Assembly: GCF_025526975.1 (NCBI RefSeq)
Contig: NW_026515669.1
Coordinates: 2,046,001-2,110,000 of the forward strand
DNA from: Fimicolochytrium jonesii
Taxonomy: Eukaryota
Direction: 5' to 3'
DNA length: 64,000 nt
The notes under the pieces were generated by a model. It was not told the origin of the DNA. It made no database searches and was given only the letters and a program-made list of their open reading frames with translations. A program made the position numbers and the translations under genes. Of the stretch, positions 61,846-64,000 are shown one piece after another (the stretch's first letter is position 1; the number at the start of each line of letters is the position of its first letter).

Positions 61846-62810
61846 ACAGTTCCTCGCCAGAGGCGCACGAGCGCTCCTCCGATAGTGCCGTTTTCTGGGC
61901 AGGATATGAGACAGGGTTATATGTCGAGCGCGATACCCGCAGCGATGCGTAGGACCGAGGGGTCACGTTCTGGGGGTGGCGACGGCGATGGACAGAGGAT
62001 GACCGCACCTGGTTTGTGGCCGACCAGATGCTGTTGCGTGTCAAAAAGGAAACAGCGGTCATTTCGATTCCGTCGCCCACCGGGTCGGGTGGATCAGCCT
62101 GCCCTCTACTGTTTGGTCGAGGTGGCCGGCCGTGCCGGATTCAGTGCGGAGTGTGCACCTAGGTATAGTCACCTTTCTTCCTGGAGGACCTCTGACTTCA
62201 TCAATGCTTCATGAAACTGGAAGATCGATGAACAACCGGGTGCTCTGCGCTGTCGAGTCCCGTGTATGAGTGGCATGGTCAACTGCCTGTCAAACGGGAC
62301 CGAAATGCACTATGCGTGAACAACCTACGAGGCTCTTTCCACTGGATATATCGACATTTAGTCGACCTATGCAGAGACATACATTGATGAATGAATGGTG
62401 GAAGTGGAAGAGCTTATCAACCCCTGTTGAGCTGGGTTGCGAGTGAAATTCAGTTGCTTTCTGCTTGTAACAAAACAAGAACAGACCCGCCCTTTCATTT
62501 TGCATCGTCATACGTTTCCCGGCAGAAACTGGTCCCCGCTTTAGATGCCATCCTGCGAGGCGCCTCATCCAAGGATCTGTATATACTCGACGTCGCATTG
62601 GCGACGTGTTAACTAAGAAATACAATACTTTGTTTCCTCTCATCTAGAGGGTGCCGTATCTTTGTACATTCACCGTAAACGATATCCTGCCATCGTCCCC
62701 CATACGTGAGCGGTTCATCTTTCGAATTCCTCCGGAAATCAAATATATTTGGGAAATGAAAATACGCTACTACAAGGCAAGGGAGACTACATTGGAACAA
62801 AATTACATAA

Positions 62811-63398
62811 CTACAAGGCAAGGTTGACTACATTTGTACCCCGATCCAAGATGCTGTGAGCGCTTCTGGGTTTCAAGTGCAAACGGCATGGGCAGCTCCA
62901 ATCACAAGGAGTCTCCCCATCCATGGCACAGTTGCCCATCAGCCAGTGGCATACCCGGTCATCCGAATCGCCCGCGTAATAAAACACCGAGGTGGCTTCC
63001 GGTGTCATGCACACCTCCCACCACGTCTCCTGGGGAACTCCCTCGTCCAACAACGTCACATCCGTGGTTGTCTCCACAATTAGCCCACAGTCATCCCGGA
63101 TGAGATATGTTTTCATCGACAACATTTTCTTGTCTGTGATGGGTATCGCAACTTTGAAGGCTTGTTGAGATCGTGTAGACGTTAAGGGCGACCTACTATC
63201 GGACGTAGTGATCGAGAAGTTGATATCCTTGACTCGGGCACGTCTTGTGAGGTGGTGACTGACAACAGCAGATGCCTTCTTGAAAAGCTCGCGACTGATA
63301 TCGGTTCTTCCTTGTATCAGGAGGAACTGGGGAAGGTCGTCCCACGATAGACGGTCAAAATACTTGTTCGAGATCTCTTGGGGAAAGGAGGTGGGCAT
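62811..63398 (-). CDS. Hypothetical protein, possible degenerate N-terminal F-box-like motif
   Basis: MPTSFPQEISNKYFDRLSWDDL resembles LPxEI..I..L. The remainder is unrecognised. Confidence 0.45.
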   Translation of the reverse strand: MPTSFPQEISNKYFDRLSWDDLPQFLLIQGRTDISRELFKKASAVVSHHLTRRARVKDINFSITTSDSRSPLTSTRSQQAFKVAIPITDKKMLSMKTYLIRDDCGLIVETTTDVTLLDEGVPQETWWEVCMTPEATSVFYYAGDSDDRVCHWLMGNCAMDGETPCDWSCPCRLHLKPRSAHSILDRGTNVVNLAL

Positions 63399-64000
63399 TG
63401 TGGGTATCGTGAGGAGTGTGAAGTTTGCGGCTGTTCAAGATTGTGGGCAACCGAAGGGTGAAGGCCGACGTTGGGTTGGTCCCGGGAGAATGTTTGTGTA
63501 TGCAGCCAGCCCCAGGATGGTGGAACCAGAGACTGGTATATATATATGTACCTGCACCGTAGATTTGTCTTTCGGCCGTACCATGTCGCAGGACGGGGCT
63601 TGAGATCTCGGTTGCTCATGCTCACTTTATTGGCGTGACAGGAGATACGTCACTACCATGTGGACAAGCAAGGGTGCTCCCCGAAAGTTTTCTTGACGAG
63701 ACTTGGCATAGGACGGTTTGGTTATTCGCCGATAGCAGAAAGGGGATGGGGAATGAAGATAATGATAGTGACGGGGAGTGTAAACGGCAATTGGAAAGGG
63801 AAGGGGGGGGGGGGGTTCTGCTACGCGTCCCAAGATGATCACGAAACGCGTCCATAACAGGAGACTACGCTAAAGGGTGTAGCTCGCGGCACATTGCGGA
63901 CGATACACGCGTCAACAAGACACATTACTTTCTCCAAGCATCCAACCCGGTTGCACGCCCATTTCCCTGCGACTGCATGTTCGAAACAACGATCATCATT

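Larger units (their letters stand above)
37290..64000. mobile_element. Putative large integrated virus-like / self-replicating element with tyrosine recombinase and primase-helicase; boundaries uncertain
   Basis: After the telomeric tract the gene content switches to YR, AEP-D5 primase-helicase, GIY-YIG, NUMOD1-like, lipase, EEP, ankyrin and ORFan genes. No housekeeping gene was recognised. Confidence 0.65.

Noticed and set aside
37290..64000. Calling the region a Polinton, Starship or giant-virus insertion outright
   Set aside because: No pPolB, retroviral-type integrase, capsid, packaging ATPase or DUF3435-type captain was recognised within the window.

Overview
Eukaryotic DNA. Short GT-AG introns with CTAAC/CTGAC branch sites, TTAGGG repeats, a Fanzor1 gene and WWKxSG-type ankyrin repeats suggest an early-diverging, probably zoosporic, fungus (inference). 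Four zones. (1) Two convergent giant multi-exon genes for extracellular FN3-like-repeat proteins at <1-5480 (+) and about 14.2-31.7 kb (-); the second also has vitellogenin/LLT-like, M23-like, EGF, WSC, FN2 and FG-GAP-like modules. (2) Between them, a transposon cluster (6.7-13.7 kb): an intron-containing Fanzor1 (eukaryotic TnpB-like RNA-guided nuclease) pseudogene, a Mutator-like MITE, copia and Tc1/IS630 fragments, and a GATA-like Zn-finger gene. (3) A repeat-rich spacer and a decayed MULE transposase that runs into an interstitial TTAGGG tract at 37.15-37.29 kb. (4) Right after that tract, a virus-like region of about 26 kb or more. It encodes an intact, spliced tyrosine recombinase and an intronless 1102-aa AEP primase/D5-type SF3 helicase. 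The primase-helicase sits in a 7.7-kb module bracketed by ~290-bp inverted repeats, whose outer ends are lox/dif-like palindromes with co-oriented cores. The region also carries two NUMOD1-like HTH genes, a T5orf172 GIY-YIG protein, a kelch/ankyrin protein, a class-3 lipase and a TDP2-like EEP enzyme. No capsid, packaging ATPase or polB was recognised. Zone 4 is the best candidate for an undescribed system. All calls are by-eye motif recognition; no searches were run.
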